Positions 15,141 through 25,117 of a stretch of DNA of 44,793 nt are shown piece by piece. Positions within the stretch are counted from its first letter, which is position 1. Every line of letters begins with the position of its first letter. The notes under the pieces were generated by a model that was given only the letters and a program-made list of their open reading frames with translations, was not told where the DNA came from and ran no database searches. Both the position numbers and the translations under genes were made by a program. The stretch comes from an uncultured Staphylococcaceae bacterium (lineage in GTDB: Bacteria > Bacillota_I > Bacilli_A > ML615J-28 > CAG-313): NCBI GenBank assembly GCA_964474685.1, contig CAYYTE010000001.1, positions 40,599 to 85,391 of the forward strand, given 5' to 3'.

Positions 15141-17381
15141 TTACATATCCTCCTTTAAAGCAGTGACTTTTAGTTTGGTTTTTAGATAGTGGTTGAAAAT
15201 TAAACCGGTAATTAATAATGACCCCGTATTTATAATAAAAAACACAATGTAATAATAGAATTTATAGTATTTAACTATATTTACAATAAACTCAATTTTA
15301 AATATTGCAAGTATCCCCATAATTAATATTGAAAAGACAAAAGAGGTTAATGCATAAAACAAGATTTCTAAGATATTAATTTGGGATACCGTCTTTTGTT
15401 TCATACCAATAGTTTTTAATATTATATAATCATTCTTTTTAAATCTTAATAAGGATGTAAGAATAACTATTTCTAATATATATAGAATAATTGTAAAACC
15501 AAGAGACACACCAAGAGTAATAAGACGTTCTTGAACTTTTGCGTCATCATAACTTGTGGAACCTATTTGGTAGGGGCTTACTGCCTCATATCCTAGTTTT
15601 CGTAATTTTTGGATAGTTGCATCAACGTATGCGTAGTCTTTAAGATAGAGGCCCGCTTGACTAGGACTTAGATCATTATAAAACATATTGTAAGTTTTTT
15701 CGTTTATCTCAACTACTTTGTTTGTAGATTGGTTTACTTTATCGGAAATGATTAAATTATCTACAACATTATATTTGGATGATTCATCAAGTTTATAATA
15801 GAACTTTGTAGCTGTTTGGATGATATTACTTGGTTTTAGTGAATAGTCTTTTAAAAAATATTCAGATAAAACAATTTCATAATCCTTTAGTAAATTGTTA
15901 ATAGTAAATGTAGGAATGTTGATTTTCTTAGTGTAGGTCTTAGACCCGGTTGAAAAGGTAATATCAAAGTATTGATCATGAGACTTTGCGGTTGTTTCAA
16001 ACATAGTAGAAACAAGAGGGTCAAAATAGATTTGTTCTGTTTTTCCTTTTATGATTCCAACTACCTTACAAGTTTGTTTTACATAATAATCGGGTCCCCA
16101 CTTTTTCTCATTATTGAAATATATTGGTATTTCTGTATTTAATATTGATTCATCTGTTGTTGTAACTACGACTTCGTTATAGTTTGTAGGAAGAACGCCT
16201 TTTGATAAATCCTCTTGTTTTAGTGCACTTGATGATTTCATAAAGTTATTCCAAGTAAGGAATGTGATAGTTTCATAATTTGGAATATCCATTTCATCCG
16301 ATTGTACATGATAAAAGATTGAGTAATCAATGTTTTTTTGGTAGAAGTAGTTTATATCGTTGACGTAATTGTACTTATCTACTCGAGTCACATTATCTAG
16401 TGATGAGAATGTGTCTAAGTCTTCTTCACTAAATGCGACTTTACCGGTGTTTTGAACTACAACTCTTGTCGGGTCGGAGTTTTTAAAAGCAGTATTGTCG
16501 TATTGTTTTGTAAATGTATCATCGATATTACCAAAGAAGGTTCCAATGAATATATAACTTGCAATTGCGACAAATAGGGTAAAGATAAAAAATAAGATTG
16601 TTCTTTTGGGTTGGGCAATAAAATTTATTCCCGCAAAATAGAAAGGCATTTTTTTATTTTCTTTAATAGTTGCCCCCTCAATATCTTTTGTATTTATGGA
16701 CCTTGGTGTTCTTACCTCATCCGTTAATACTTTTCCTTCAACGATGTGAATCTTTCTTGTGATAAAAGGCTCTGCCTGTTCGATGTTGTGTGTAACAATG
16801 ATTACGAGCATATCTTTTGAGAGATCACTTAGTAATTTCATTATTTCAGTTCCATTTTCACTATCAAGGTTTCCTGTAGGTTCATCCGCAATAATAATCT
16901 CGCATTCTTTCGCTAGTGCTCTTGCAATAGATAGTCGTTGTTTTTGCCCTGCAGATAGTTTGGATGCTAAATGATTTTTTCTTGATGATAATCCCACCTC
17001 ATTAATATAAGATAAAGCTTTTGTCTTTGCTTCCTCTTTTGTATATCCTTTGATCCATAATGCAGATTCTACATTTTGTAAGACAGTATAACTATCAATT
17101 AAATTATAATTTTGAAATATGAAACCGATATTCTCTCTTCTATAAGTTTCCCAATCTGCTTGGTCAAAGCCACTTGTGGGTTCACAATTAAAATACATCT
17201 CCCCATTTTCATATGAATCTTGGCCACTTAATACATTTAATAAAGTAGTTTTACCACTGCCACTTTCTCCTGTAATTGCTACAAACTCGCCTTTATTAAA
17301 TGATAGGTTAATCTTTTCAAGACCAACAGTGACATTGCCCGAGTTGTAATAGTATTTTGAAATATTCTCTAAACGCAGCAT
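15141..17381 (-). CDS. Fused ABC transporter ATP-binding/permease protein, MacB/FtsX type (746 aa from the chosen start)
   Basis: GESGSGKTT, LSAGQKQRLSIARAL, IIIADEPTGNLD and VTHN, with a TM, a large extracytoplasmic domain and three C-terminal TMs. I moved the start to the ATG at 17381 (MLRLENISKYY), which follows aaggagga; the track ORF starts at 17411. Confidence 0.8.
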   Translation of the reverse strand: MLRLENISKYYYNSGNVTVGLEKINLSFNKGEFVAITGESGSGKTTLLNVLSGQDSYENGEMYFNCEPTSGFDQADWETYRRENIGFIFQNYNLIDSYTVLQNVESALWIKGYTKEEAKTKALSYINEVGLSSRKNHLASKLSAGQKQRLSIARALAKECEIIIADEPTGNLDSENGTEIMKLLSDLSKDMLVIIVTHNIEQAEPFITRKIHIVEGKVLTDEVRTPRSINTKDIEGATIKENKKMPFYFAGINFIAQPKRTILFFIFTLFVAIASYIFIGTFFGNIDDTFTKQYDNTAFKNSDPTRVVVQNTGKVAFSEEDLDTFSSLDNVTRVDKYNYVNDINYFYQKNIDYSIFYHVQSDEMDIPNYETITFLTWNNFMKSSSALKQEDLSKGVLPTNYNEVVVTTTDESILNTEIPIYFNNEKKWGPDYYVKQTCKVVGIIKGKTEQIYFDPLVSTMFETTAKSHDQYFDITFSTGSKTYTKKINIPTFTINNLLKDYEIVLSEYFLKDYSLKPSNIIQTATKFYYKLDESSKYNVVDNLIISDKVNQSTNKVVEINEKTYNMFYNDLSPSQAGLYLKDYAYVDATIQKLRKLGYEAVSPYQIGSTSYDDAKVQERLITLGVSLGFTIILYILEIVILTSLLRFKKNDYIILKTIGMKQKTVSQINILEILFYALTSFVFSILIMGILAIFKIEFIVNIVKYYKFYYYIVFFIINTGSLLITGLIFNHYLKTKLKVTALKEDM

Positions 17382-17600
17382 AATTTCCTCCTTAATACCT
17401 TGATTATACAAGGAAATACTATATAAATGTTAAAAAGTGCTTTATTATATGTTTCATATGACTTGCAAAAAGTAACGAAAAATGGTAAAATATATAAGTA
17501 AAATAAAGCAAAATCAAGGAAATTATGTATAAAATTCATTACAAAAATTGAAAAAAAAGTTCAATGTAAGCATTTTCATATTCTATTTTGTGTAAAAAGT

Positions 17601-17629
17601 TTGACATTCGACATTTTGTATAGTAAAAT
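17601..17629 (+). promoter_or_regulatory. Putative sigma-A promoter of the opp operon
   Basis: TTGACA (17601-17606), a 17-nt spacer, then TAAAAT (17624-17629), about 30 nt upstream of the oppA RBS. Confidence 0.5.
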
Positions 17630-17661
17630 GAATATAAACTTTTTGAAGAGGAGGAAACGAT

Positions 17662-20070
17662 ATGAAAAGTTTAAAGAAATTATTTATGTTGGTTTTTATC
17701 ACAATGGGTATTTTCTCATTAGTTGCTTGTGGCAAAGGTGAGGATGAAACTCCAAAGGAAAAGACTTATACTTATAAAGATTATGCGGCTGGAAACCCAG
17801 ACAAATGGAATCCACATACATGGGAATCTAATGAAGATTCCTATATTATGGGATATGTTGAAATGGGCTTATACGACTTTGTTTTAAATTCAGCAAAGAA
17901 CGGATATGACATTATTCCAGAAATGGCTGCAGCGGCTCCAGTAGACGTTACTCAAGATTATCTTGGTAATGAAGTTTATGGTGTTCCAAATAAATATACA
18001 GATGATAAAGGAGTTGAAGTAGTTCCTTCAGGATATGCTTGGAAGATTGCATTAAATCCAAATGCTTGTTGGCAAAATGGAGTTAAGATTAATGCGGACA
18101 CATATCTATATTCTATGGAACAACTTTTAAGCCCTAAGATGTTAAACTATCGTGCTGATAGTTACTATTCATCAAATATCATCTTAGCGAATGCTGAAAA
18201 CTATTATTCTTCTGATGCGCCTATCTTTAAAGATATCTTCACTAAAGAAGAAGGATACAAAGACATTCCTATGGAAGAAATGTATTTCTCATTAACAAAT
18301 AAGTGTGTATTCTTTGGTGACAAAGCATCTACTTTTTATCAAAATGGGTATGCTTCATACTTCCAAGTATTTAAAGATGTTGATGATGGAGCTGGTGGAA
18401 CTAAGAAAGAATTAGTTGCTGACTACTATAAAGAATTAGTTGCTTTACAAAATAAACGTGGTTATGGAAAAGTAACTCCTGAAGTTAAAGTAAAACTTGA
18501 CTACATTGCAAAACAATTTGGTGATGTAGATGCAGAAACTGGCGAAGCTAGAGCAGACGCTTATAAAGAGTTCTGTTTCTGGGATACTGGCGAAACTACT
18601 GATAAGATGGATTTCTCTAGTGTTGGTATTAAGAAAACAGGTGAATATGAAATCACTTTAATTCTTGGTAATGCTATTACTGAATTCTTCCTATACTATT
18701 CATTATCAAGCAACTGGCTTGTTTATGAACCATTATACGAAGCAGGAAAAACTGAGACTGCTGGCTTTGTTTCTACTAACTATGGTACATCCGTTGATAC
18801 TACAATGGCTTATGGCCCTTATAAATTAACTGGATACCAAGAAGATAAACAAATGGTTCTTGAAAAGAATGATAAGTGGTATGGTTACACTGATGGTAAA
18901 CACGTTGGACAATATCAAACAACTGGTATTGAATGTTCAATTATCCCTACTCATGCAACTGCATTACTTGAGTTCTTAAAAGGTAACTTAGATAATATTG
19001 CATTAGATGCTGCGGATATGGATTCATATAGATCAAGTGACTATATTGTTTACACTCCACAAACTTATACAACTAAAATTTCATTTAACACTTCCCCTGC
19101 AAAACTTCTTGAACGTCAAAAAGGTGTTGCTGCTGGAACAAACAAAACTATTCTTGCAAATGCTGACTTCAGAAAAGCATTTAGTTTAGCACTTAACCGT
19201 GATGACTTTGCTGCATCATGTACTGCTTCAGCTTCTGCTGGTTATGGATTATTAAACTATAACTATGTAAGTAATCCTGATACAGGTGAATTATATCGTG
19301 ATACTGAACAAGGCAAGGGCGTATTAAAGAAATTATATGGTTTATCTGATGTTACTCAAGTAACCGGTTTCGATAAAGTTGAAGCTGCTAAGTTATTCCA
19401 AAAAGCTTATGAAGCTGAATTAGCTTCTACTGCTGAAGGACATTTAACTGCAACTGATAAGATTGAATTCGAATTCTTAACTTATAAACTAGATGATGCA
19501 TACGTAAAGATGGTTACTGCTATTCAAAAATATGTGAATGAAGCAACTGTTGGAACAGGTCTTGAAGGCAAAATCTATATTAAACAAACTGCAGATGATA
19601 ACTATTATGACAAGATGCAAGCCGGCGAATGCGAAATGATTATGTCAACTTGGGGCGGAAACCCTATGAACCCATTCGCAATTGTTGATTGCTATTGCAA
19701 TAAAAAGAAGTATTTCGAATATGGTTATGATACTACACAAGTTTATACTATTAAAGTTGAAGGCCAAGATGTTGCATTATCTCTTGAAGACTGGAACACT
19801 TCATTAAATCAAGGTACTTATGCTACTGCTGCTTATCAAACAAAACTTGATATTTTAGCTGCTCTCGAATTAAAGGTTCTTTCTGATTACTGTACTCTTC
19901 CATTATATTATAGAACAAGTGCTGGTCTAGATTCTCAAAGAATTGTTAATGGTACTGATACTTATGTACAATTAGTTGGTTTCGGTGGTATTCGTTTCAT
20001 TACTTATAAGTATGATGATGCTGCTTGGGATGCTTATTGTAAGAGCCAAGGTAATAAGTTAACTTACTAA
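17662..20070 (+). CDS. oppA: Oligopeptide ABC transporter substrate-binding lipoprotein (family 5), enlarged (802 aa)
   Basis: RBS gaggagga and lipobox SLVAC. The sequence has family-5 solute-binding character throughout (e.g. GPYKLTGYQEDKQMVLEKNDKWYG), and the gene sits ahead of oppBCDF. Confidence 0.75.
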   Translation: MKSLKKLFMLVFITMGIFSLVACGKGEDETPKEKTYTYKDYAAGNPDKWNPHTWESNEDSYIMGYVEMGLYDFVLNSAKNGYDIIPEMAAAAPVDVTQDYLGNEVYGVPNKYTDDKGVEVVPSGYAWKIALNPNACWQNGVKINADTYLYSMEQLLSPKMLNYRADSYYSSNIILANAENYYSSDAPIFKDIFTKEEGYKDIPMEEMYFSLTNKCVFFGDKASTFYQNGYASYFQVFKDVDDGAGGTKKELVADYYKELVALQNKRGYGKVTPEVKVKLDYIAKQFGDVDAETGEARADAYKEFCFWDTGETTDKMDFSSVGIKKTGEYEITLILGNAITEFFLYYSLSSNWLVYEPLYEAGKTETAGFVSTNYGTSVDTTMAYGPYKLTGYQEDKQMVLEKNDKWYGYTDGKHVGQYQTTGIECSIIPTHATALLEFLKGNLDNIALDAADMDSYRSSDYIVYTPQTYTTKISFNTSPAKLLERQKGVAAGTNKTILANADFRKAFSLALNRDDFAASCTASASAGYGLLNYNYVSNPDTGELYRDTEQGKGVLKKLYGLSDVTQVTGFDKVEAAKLFQKAYEAELASTAEGHLTATDKIEFEFLTYKLDDAYVKMVTAIQKYVNEATVGTGLEGKIYIKQTADDNYYDKMQAGECEMIMSTWGGNPMNPFAIVDCYCNKKKYFEYGYDTTQVYTIKVEGQDVALSLEDWNTSLNQGTYATAAYQTKLDILAALELKVLSDYCTLPLYYRTSAGLDSQRIVNGTDTYVQLVGFGGIRFITYKYDDAAWDAYCKSQGNKLTY

Positions 20071-20105
20071 TCTTTGTTAATTTGAAAAAATTCAATTGAC
20101 AATCT

Positions 20106-20139
20106 ACACGAGTGGAGTATGTGAATATTCCGCTCGTGT
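20106..20139 (+). terminator. Stem-loop after oppA (partial terminator/attenuator)
   Basis: acacgagtgga pairs with tccgctcgtgt (11 bp including one G-U) around a 12-nt loop. The U tract is weak, which fits the stem-loops common between oppA and the permease genes. Confidence 0.45.
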
Positions 20140-20268
20140 TCTATTGTCTATTTGTTATATAAATGATTCATTAAACAGGATTATTTATATAAAATCCTAC
20201 AAATTTTGTTTATAGGATTTTATATGCATAATCATGCATAAAATTTGACAATATAAAGGAGTGAAATT

Positions 20269-21237
20269 ATGAATAATAGCATGGTTAGTTATGTTATTAA
20301 AAGAATACTTTTAATGATCTTAACTCTATTTATTATTTTAACAATGTGTTTTGTTCTGATCAAACTACTTCCTGATCCTGTAACGGTTCCTGAGGGTTCT
20401 TCAGCTTATAAACATATTATGGCTTATCGACAAGCTCATGGCTATGATAAACCAATCATTATACAATTTGGAATATTTTTGAAGAGCGTATTCACAAAGT
20501 GGGATTGGGGCATCGGGATGAATATGTATGTTGATAAATCAGTAACAAAAATATTCGCTCAAAAAATACCTTTTACATTAATGGTTAATTTATATGCTGA
20601 AATATTGAGCGTACCTCTAGGTATTTTATTAGGCATTTACGCAGCTTTAAAAAAGAACAAATGGCAAGACCAATTAATTTCTATTGGAGTTATGATTTTT
20701 GTTTCTGTTCCTTCTTATGTTTACGCATTTGTTGTCCAATATTTGTTTGGGTTTAAACTAAACTGGTTGCCATTGCAGCTAGACCCGGGATATAATTTGT
20801 TCTCTCTTTCAATGTTGAAATCTATGATTCTTCCAGTTATTGCCTTATCATTTGGTGAAATTGCTGGTTTGACTCGGTACACGAGAGCGGAATTGACTGA
20901 ATGTTTAACGAGTGAAAGTATGTTACTTGCTCGTACAAAAGGTTTGACTAGGGCACAAGCAACTACAAGACATGCACTTAAAAATGCAATGGTACCTATT
21001 TTCCCAATGATACTAGGTTCATTTATTAGTATCTTAAGTGGTTCGTTTATTATTGAACAAATCTTTGGTATTCCAGGTGTTGGTTCTTTGTATATTCAAT
21101 CCATTAATACAAGGGATTACAATTTCTTTATGATGCTTACCGCGTTCTATACTTTGATAGGGCTTGCGGGTGGTATAATTATCGACTTAAGTTATGGATT
21201 CATTGATCCACGTATTAGAATGGGGGCGAGAAAATGA
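20269..21237 (+). CDS. oppB: Oligopeptide ABC transporter permease
   Basis: RBS aaaggag. It has 6 TM helices and the EAA-loop region LARTKGLTRAQATTRHALKNAMVPI. Confidence 0.85.
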   Translation: MNNSMVSYVIKRILLMILTLFIILTMCFVLIKLLPDPVTVPEGSSAYKHIMAYRQAHGYDKPIIIQFGIFLKSVFTKWDWGIGMNMYVDKSVTKIFAQKIPFTLMVNLYAEILSVPLGILLGIYAALKKNKWQDQLISIGVMIFVSVPSYVYAFVVQYLFGFKLNWLPLQLDPGYNLFSLSMLKSMILPVIALSFGEIAGLTRYTRAELTECLTSESMLLARTKGLTRAQATTRHALKNAMVPIFPMILGSFISILSGSFIIEQIFGIPGVGSLYIQSINTRDYNFFMMLTAFYTLIGLAGGIIIDLSYGFIDPRIRMGARK

Positions 21238-22907
21238 TGAATAATCAATCTTATGGTCACATTCCAAGTGAAGAATTTAAATTTGTTCAAGCGGATGCAA
21301 GAATCTTTGACCAAAAATTAGAAACAAAACCTATTGGTTATATGAAAGATGCTTGGTATCGATTCCGTAAAAACAAAGCATCAATTGTTGCTGCAGTAAT
21401 CATTATTATGTTATTGCTTTATGCATTAATTGTTCCAGTGTTTTCAAAATACAATTTAGGTGATCGTGATTTATATTATAAAAAAGCTTTACCTAAGTCT
21501 TCTTTAATTTCAAAATTAGGTTTTTGGGATGGAACGACTTCATCTGGTCAATCAGAGGCTGGATTCTCAAGACTTTATGGTATGAATATTGAAATTGAAT
21601 CAAGCAAGAAATCTGATTATGCTAGTATTCGTAAGTATACTTCAGAAATTGCTGGAGATGGAAAAGAATATTATACTTGTAAAATTGACACTTATCTTCA
21701 AGTTGGTTATCAATTTATGAATTTAACACTTGAAGAATATGAAGCAATTTTGAAATATCAAGATGAAAGTAATGATCAAGTACTTTACCCTATGATTAAT
21801 GTAAATGCTACTTTTTATCGTAACCAATACCTTTTAGGTGGTGGTGCTCAAGATGCAAATTGTTGGTATTATACGATTAGTAATAAAGGTCTTCCAAATC
21901 AATCTCCTACAATAAGGGATAATTCAGATCTTAAAACAGAGGAAGATATTGCTAAACTAAAATGCTATACTGAAACTATTGCAGGGCCAAATGGAGATAA
22001 AGAAGTTAAGTATTATGCAAACTATATTACTCGTTCTTTAAATCCTGATGCTGTTGAAAATGACTACTCTTCAAAAAGAATTGAAGGGGACCCAGGTATT
22101 ACTGATCCAACTTCTGGAGAAGCATATGTGTATGCGGCTAAGAATCAATCTGGATATAAAGTAAGAGTATCTTACTATGATTATTATAAATATTTACATG
22201 GATTTGAAGCTAGTTTCTTCTTTGGTTCAAACTCATATGGTCAAGACATTTTTGTTGCATTAGCAATTGGTGCTCGTTTCTCATTCTTACTTGCTATTTG
22301 CGTATCTGCTATTAACCTTGTTATTGGAGCTATCTATGGTTCTATTGAAGGTTATTATGGTGGTGCATTAGACTTATTTATGGAACGTATTTCGGATATT
22401 TTATCCGGTGTTCCTTTCATTGTTGTTGCAACTTTATTCCAATTACATTTGGCAACTAAGGTGGGACCAGTCATCTCGTTACTCTTTGCCTTTGTATTAA
22501 CCGGCTGGATAGGTATTGCTAGTCGTGTAAGAAGTCAATTCTATCGTTTCAAAGGACAAGAATATGTACTTGCTGCAAGAACACTTGGTGCAAGTGATGG
22601 AAGATTAATCTTTAGACATATTTTCCCGAACTCACTTGGTACAATTATCACTTCATGTGTACTAATTATTCCTGGTGTAATCTTCTCAGAATCTAGTTTA
22701 TCCTTCTTAGGAATTATCGATCTTCACTCTGCTACTTTGACGAGTGTAGGTACTTTATTATCAGATGGTAATGCCGCATTCCCGAACTTCCCACATATTG
22801 TGTTGTTCCCTGCTATTTTCATATCACTACTTGAAATTTCGTTTAACATGTTTGGAAATGGCTTAAGAGATGCATTTAATCCATCTTTGAGAGGAGCTGA
22901 AGAATAA
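21234..22907 (+). CDS. oppC: Oligopeptide ABC transporter permease with a large extracytoplasmic loop after TM1
   Basis: ATGA overlap with oppB. An OppC-type N-terminus (YMKDAWYRFRKNKASIVAAVIII) is followed by a ~230-aa hydrophilic insert and then a canonical permease core with AARTLGASDGRLIFRHIFPNS. Confidence 0.8.
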   Translation: MMNNQSYGHIPSEEFKFVQADARIFDQKLETKPIGYMKDAWYRFRKNKASIVAAVIIIMLLLYALIVPVFSKYNLGDRDLYYKKALPKSSLISKLGFWDGTTSSGQSEAGFSRLYGMNIEIESSKKSDYASIRKYTSEIAGDGKEYYTCKIDTYLQVGYQFMNLTLEEYEAILKYQDESNDQVLYPMINVNATFYRNQYLLGGGAQDANCWYYTISNKGLPNQSPTIRDNSDLKTEEDIAKLKCYTETIAGPNGDKEVKYYANYITRSLNPDAVENDYSSKRIEGDPGITDPTSGEAYVYAAKNQSGYKVRVSYYDYYKYLHGFEASFFFGSNSYGQDIFVALAIGARFSFLLAICVSAINLVIGAIYGSIEGYYGGALDLFMERISDILSGVPFIVVATLFQLHLATKVGPVISLLFAFVLTGWIGIASRVRSQFYRFKGQEYVLAARTLGASDGRLIFRHIFPNSLGTIITSCVLIIPGVIFSESSLSFLGIIDLHSATLTSVGTLLSDGNAAFPNFPHIVLFPAIFISLLEISFNMFGNGLRDAFNPSLRGAEE

Positions 22908-25117
22908 TGAGTGAAGAAAGAGAAAAAATGTTAGATGTCAGAAACTTACGTATATCTTTCCGTACCAATAATGGTACTGTTAAAGCAGTACGAGGCATCA
23001 ATTTTGAATTGTATAAAGGTGAAACTTTAGCAATTGTTGGTGAATCTGGCAGTGGTAAATCGGTTACTTCTAGAGCAATTCTAGGTATTCAAGCTCCGAA
23101 CAAAATTGTTGAAGGTGGCGAGATTATCTATGATGGAAAAGATTTATTAAAAATCACAGAAGATGATTTCCATGAAATTCGTGGAAGTAAAATCTCTATG
23201 ATCTTCCAAGATCCTATGTCATCTTTAGACCCTATTATGAGAATAGGAAAACAATTAACGGAAGCAATGATATTAAAAGGCAAGGCTACTCAAAAAGAAG
23301 CTAGATTTCAATCAGGGAAGAGAATTAGTCGTTTGAAAAAAGCGATGATTCGTGGTCTTTCTACAAGTGAAGAAGATGCTACAAGCCGTGTTGAACAAAA
23401 TATCAAGATATTCCAAAAAACTGCATATATTGCTGCTCAAAAAGAAAAACGTTATAATATTGCATATGAGGCAAGTACGGAACTATTAAGTCAAACAAAA
23501 GATTTGCTTGATGGTATTCATCATTCCACCTATCGTGCTATTAGTAGAACATTGTTTGAGATTAAAAAGAAATTAAAGATTAGCCTTAATGAATATATAG
23601 TTAATGATGAAGAATATATTCAAACAATGATGACTAAAATAAACGTTGCAATTAAATCTTGCAATAAACTTGCTGCAAAGAAAGTTCAACATACAGAAGA
23701 TTCTGAAGATATTAAAATTCTTATTGTTGATTTAACCAAACTTCAAGAGAGATTTGGTGCTGCAGTAAAACTTGTAAAACCAGATTTCTTTGCTATGGGA
23801 TACTATTTATACAAGCAACCTGAAGCAAATGTTTTAGTTGAAGATGTTGAATCTTTGAATAAAGAAATGAGAAAGTTCTTAGATGATAATTTCCTTGTTC
23901 AATTTGAAGCGGATGTTAAAGTTGCTCTTCAAAAACAATATGAAAGAAAAGATTTAGCAAAAGAAGAAGCCCTAAAAAGTCTAAAACAAAATGCTTCTAT
24001 ATTTGAAGAAGAATCTTTATCAAGAGAAAAGTGTATTCAAGCAATTGAAGAAAATAGTTTAAAAGTAAAAGCAGCTATTAACAAACTAAGAATTGTTAAG
24101 AATTCACTTGCTTATACTTATAGTTCTAGTATGATGAGTGCTATTGAGGCTTATTTCAATGCGGTTGTAAAAAATCCAAAAGAACAAGCTAGGTACGATA
24201 GCGAATACAAGGAATATGAAGAAAAGGTTGCCCTAAGAAAATATGCGGTAAAACCTGTTCCTCCGACAATTATTGATTTAGAGTTATCAAAAGAACAAAT
24301 CAGTTTAATTAATGCTCGTTTAATTGAAAGTTTTGAAAAAGAATTAGAACTTGCAAAAACTCGTAATTATGATGAACTTGTTATTGAATATATTAAGTAT
24401 TTAGAAAAACAAGAATCTCTAATGGTATATAAAGTTACTAGTGAAATGGCGAAAGAAAAAGCCATTGAAATTATGGCTGAAGTAGGTATTCCTGAACCAA
24501 GAAAGAGATTTACTCAATATCCATTTGAGTTTTCAGGTGGTATGAGACAAAGAATTGTTATTGCTATTGCACTTGCAGCAAACCCGGATATTTTAATCTG
24601 TGATGAGCCTACTACTGCTCTTGACGTTACAATTCAAGCTCAAATTTTGGAATTAATTAATCGTTTAAAAAGAGAACGTGAATTATCTATTATATTTATT
24701 ACTCATAACCTTGGTGTTGTTGCGAATATGGCGGATAGAATTGCCGTTATGTATGCTGGTAAAATTGTTGAATATGGCGATGTAGAAGAAATATTCTATG
24801 ATCCAAGACATCCTTATACTTGGGCATTATTATCTTCTATGCCTGACCTTGAAACGAAGGAAAAACTTGAAGCGATTCCTGGAACTCCTCCAAATATGAT
24901 TTTCCCTCCCGTTGGTGATGCATTTGCTGCTCGGAATAAATATGCAATGAAGATTGATTTTGAACAACAACCTCCACTATTTGAGGTAACTCCAACTCAT
25001 TATGCCGCAACTTGGTTATTACATCCGGAAGCGCCTCATGTTGAGCCGCCTAAGATTGTAACGGAAAGAATTGAGAGAATGAAAAAGAAAGAAGGAGGTG
25101 GTTCTGATGGAAGATAA
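22907..25117 (+). CDS. oppD: Oligopeptide ABC transporter ATP-binding protein with ~380-aa internal insertion
   Basis: Walker A GESGSGKS and Q-loop MIFQDP come first, followed by a K/E-rich helical insertion. After that come YPFEFSGGMRQR, Walker B ILICDEPTTALD, H-loop ITHNLG and the oligopeptide C-terminal domain (DPRHPYTWALL). Confidence 0.8.
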   Translation: MSEEREKMLDVRNLRISFRTNNGTVKAVRGINFELYKGETLAIVGESGSGKSVTSRAILGIQAPNKIVEGGEIIYDGKDLLKITEDDFHEIRGSKISMIFQDPMSSLDPIMRIGKQLTEAMILKGKATQKEARFQSGKRISRLKKAMIRGLSTSEEDATSRVEQNIKIFQKTAYIAAQKEKRYNIAYEASTELLSQTKDLLDGIHHSTYRAISRTLFEIKKKLKISLNEYIVNDEEYIQTMMTKINVAIKSCNKLAAKKVQHTEDSEDIKILIVDLTKLQERFGAAVKLVKPDFFAMGYYLYKQPEANVLVEDVESLNKEMRKFLDDNFLVQFEADVKVALQKQYERKDLAKEEALKSLKQNASIFEEESLSREKCIQAIEENSLKVKAAINKLRIVKNSLAYTYSSSMMSAIEAYFNAVVKNPKEQARYDSEYKEYEEKVALRKYAVKPVPPTIIDLELSKEQISLINARLIESFEKELELAKTRNYDELVIEYIKYLEKQESLMVYKVTSEMAKEKAIEIMAEVGIPEPRKRFTQYPFEFSGGMRQRIVIAIALAANPDILICDEPTTALDVTIQAQILELINRLKRERELSIIFITHNLGVVANMADRIAVMYAGKIVEYGDVEEIFYDPRHPYTWALLSSMPDLETKEKLEAIPGTPPNMIFPPVGDAFAARNKYAMKIDFEQQPPLFEVTPTHYAATWLLHPEAPHVEPPKIVTERIERMKKKEGGGSDGR

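Noticed and set aside
17412-17600. A riboswitch, CodY box or promoter in the divergent region between the MacB-type genes and oppA
   Set aside because: I found only A/T-rich sequence with imperfect hexamers: on the minus strand, TTGCAA and TATAAT lie only 13 nt apart. No conserved riboswitch core and no convincing AATTTTCWGAAAATT match were seen.
20245-20250. A perfect TTGACA hexamer as the -35 box of an oppB promoter
   Set aside because: It lies only ~6 nt upstream of the oppB RBS, so there is no room for a spacer, a -10 box and a leader.
21235-21237. Mycoplasma-type code (TGA = Trp), given the Mollicute-like features
   Set aside because: TGA terminates well-supported genes exactly where homologues end: oppB at 21235-21237, pheS at 31500-31502 and murQ at 11155-11157. 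Trp positions in conserved motifs are TGG, and no long ORF is interrupted by in-frame TGA.
22907-25117. OppD (736 aa) and OppF as gene fusions, frameshifted pseudogenes or misassemblies
   Set aside because: Single uninterrupted frames carry Walker A, Q-loop, signature, Walker B and H-loop in the canonical order. The extra sequence is internal, so insertions are the simpler explanation.
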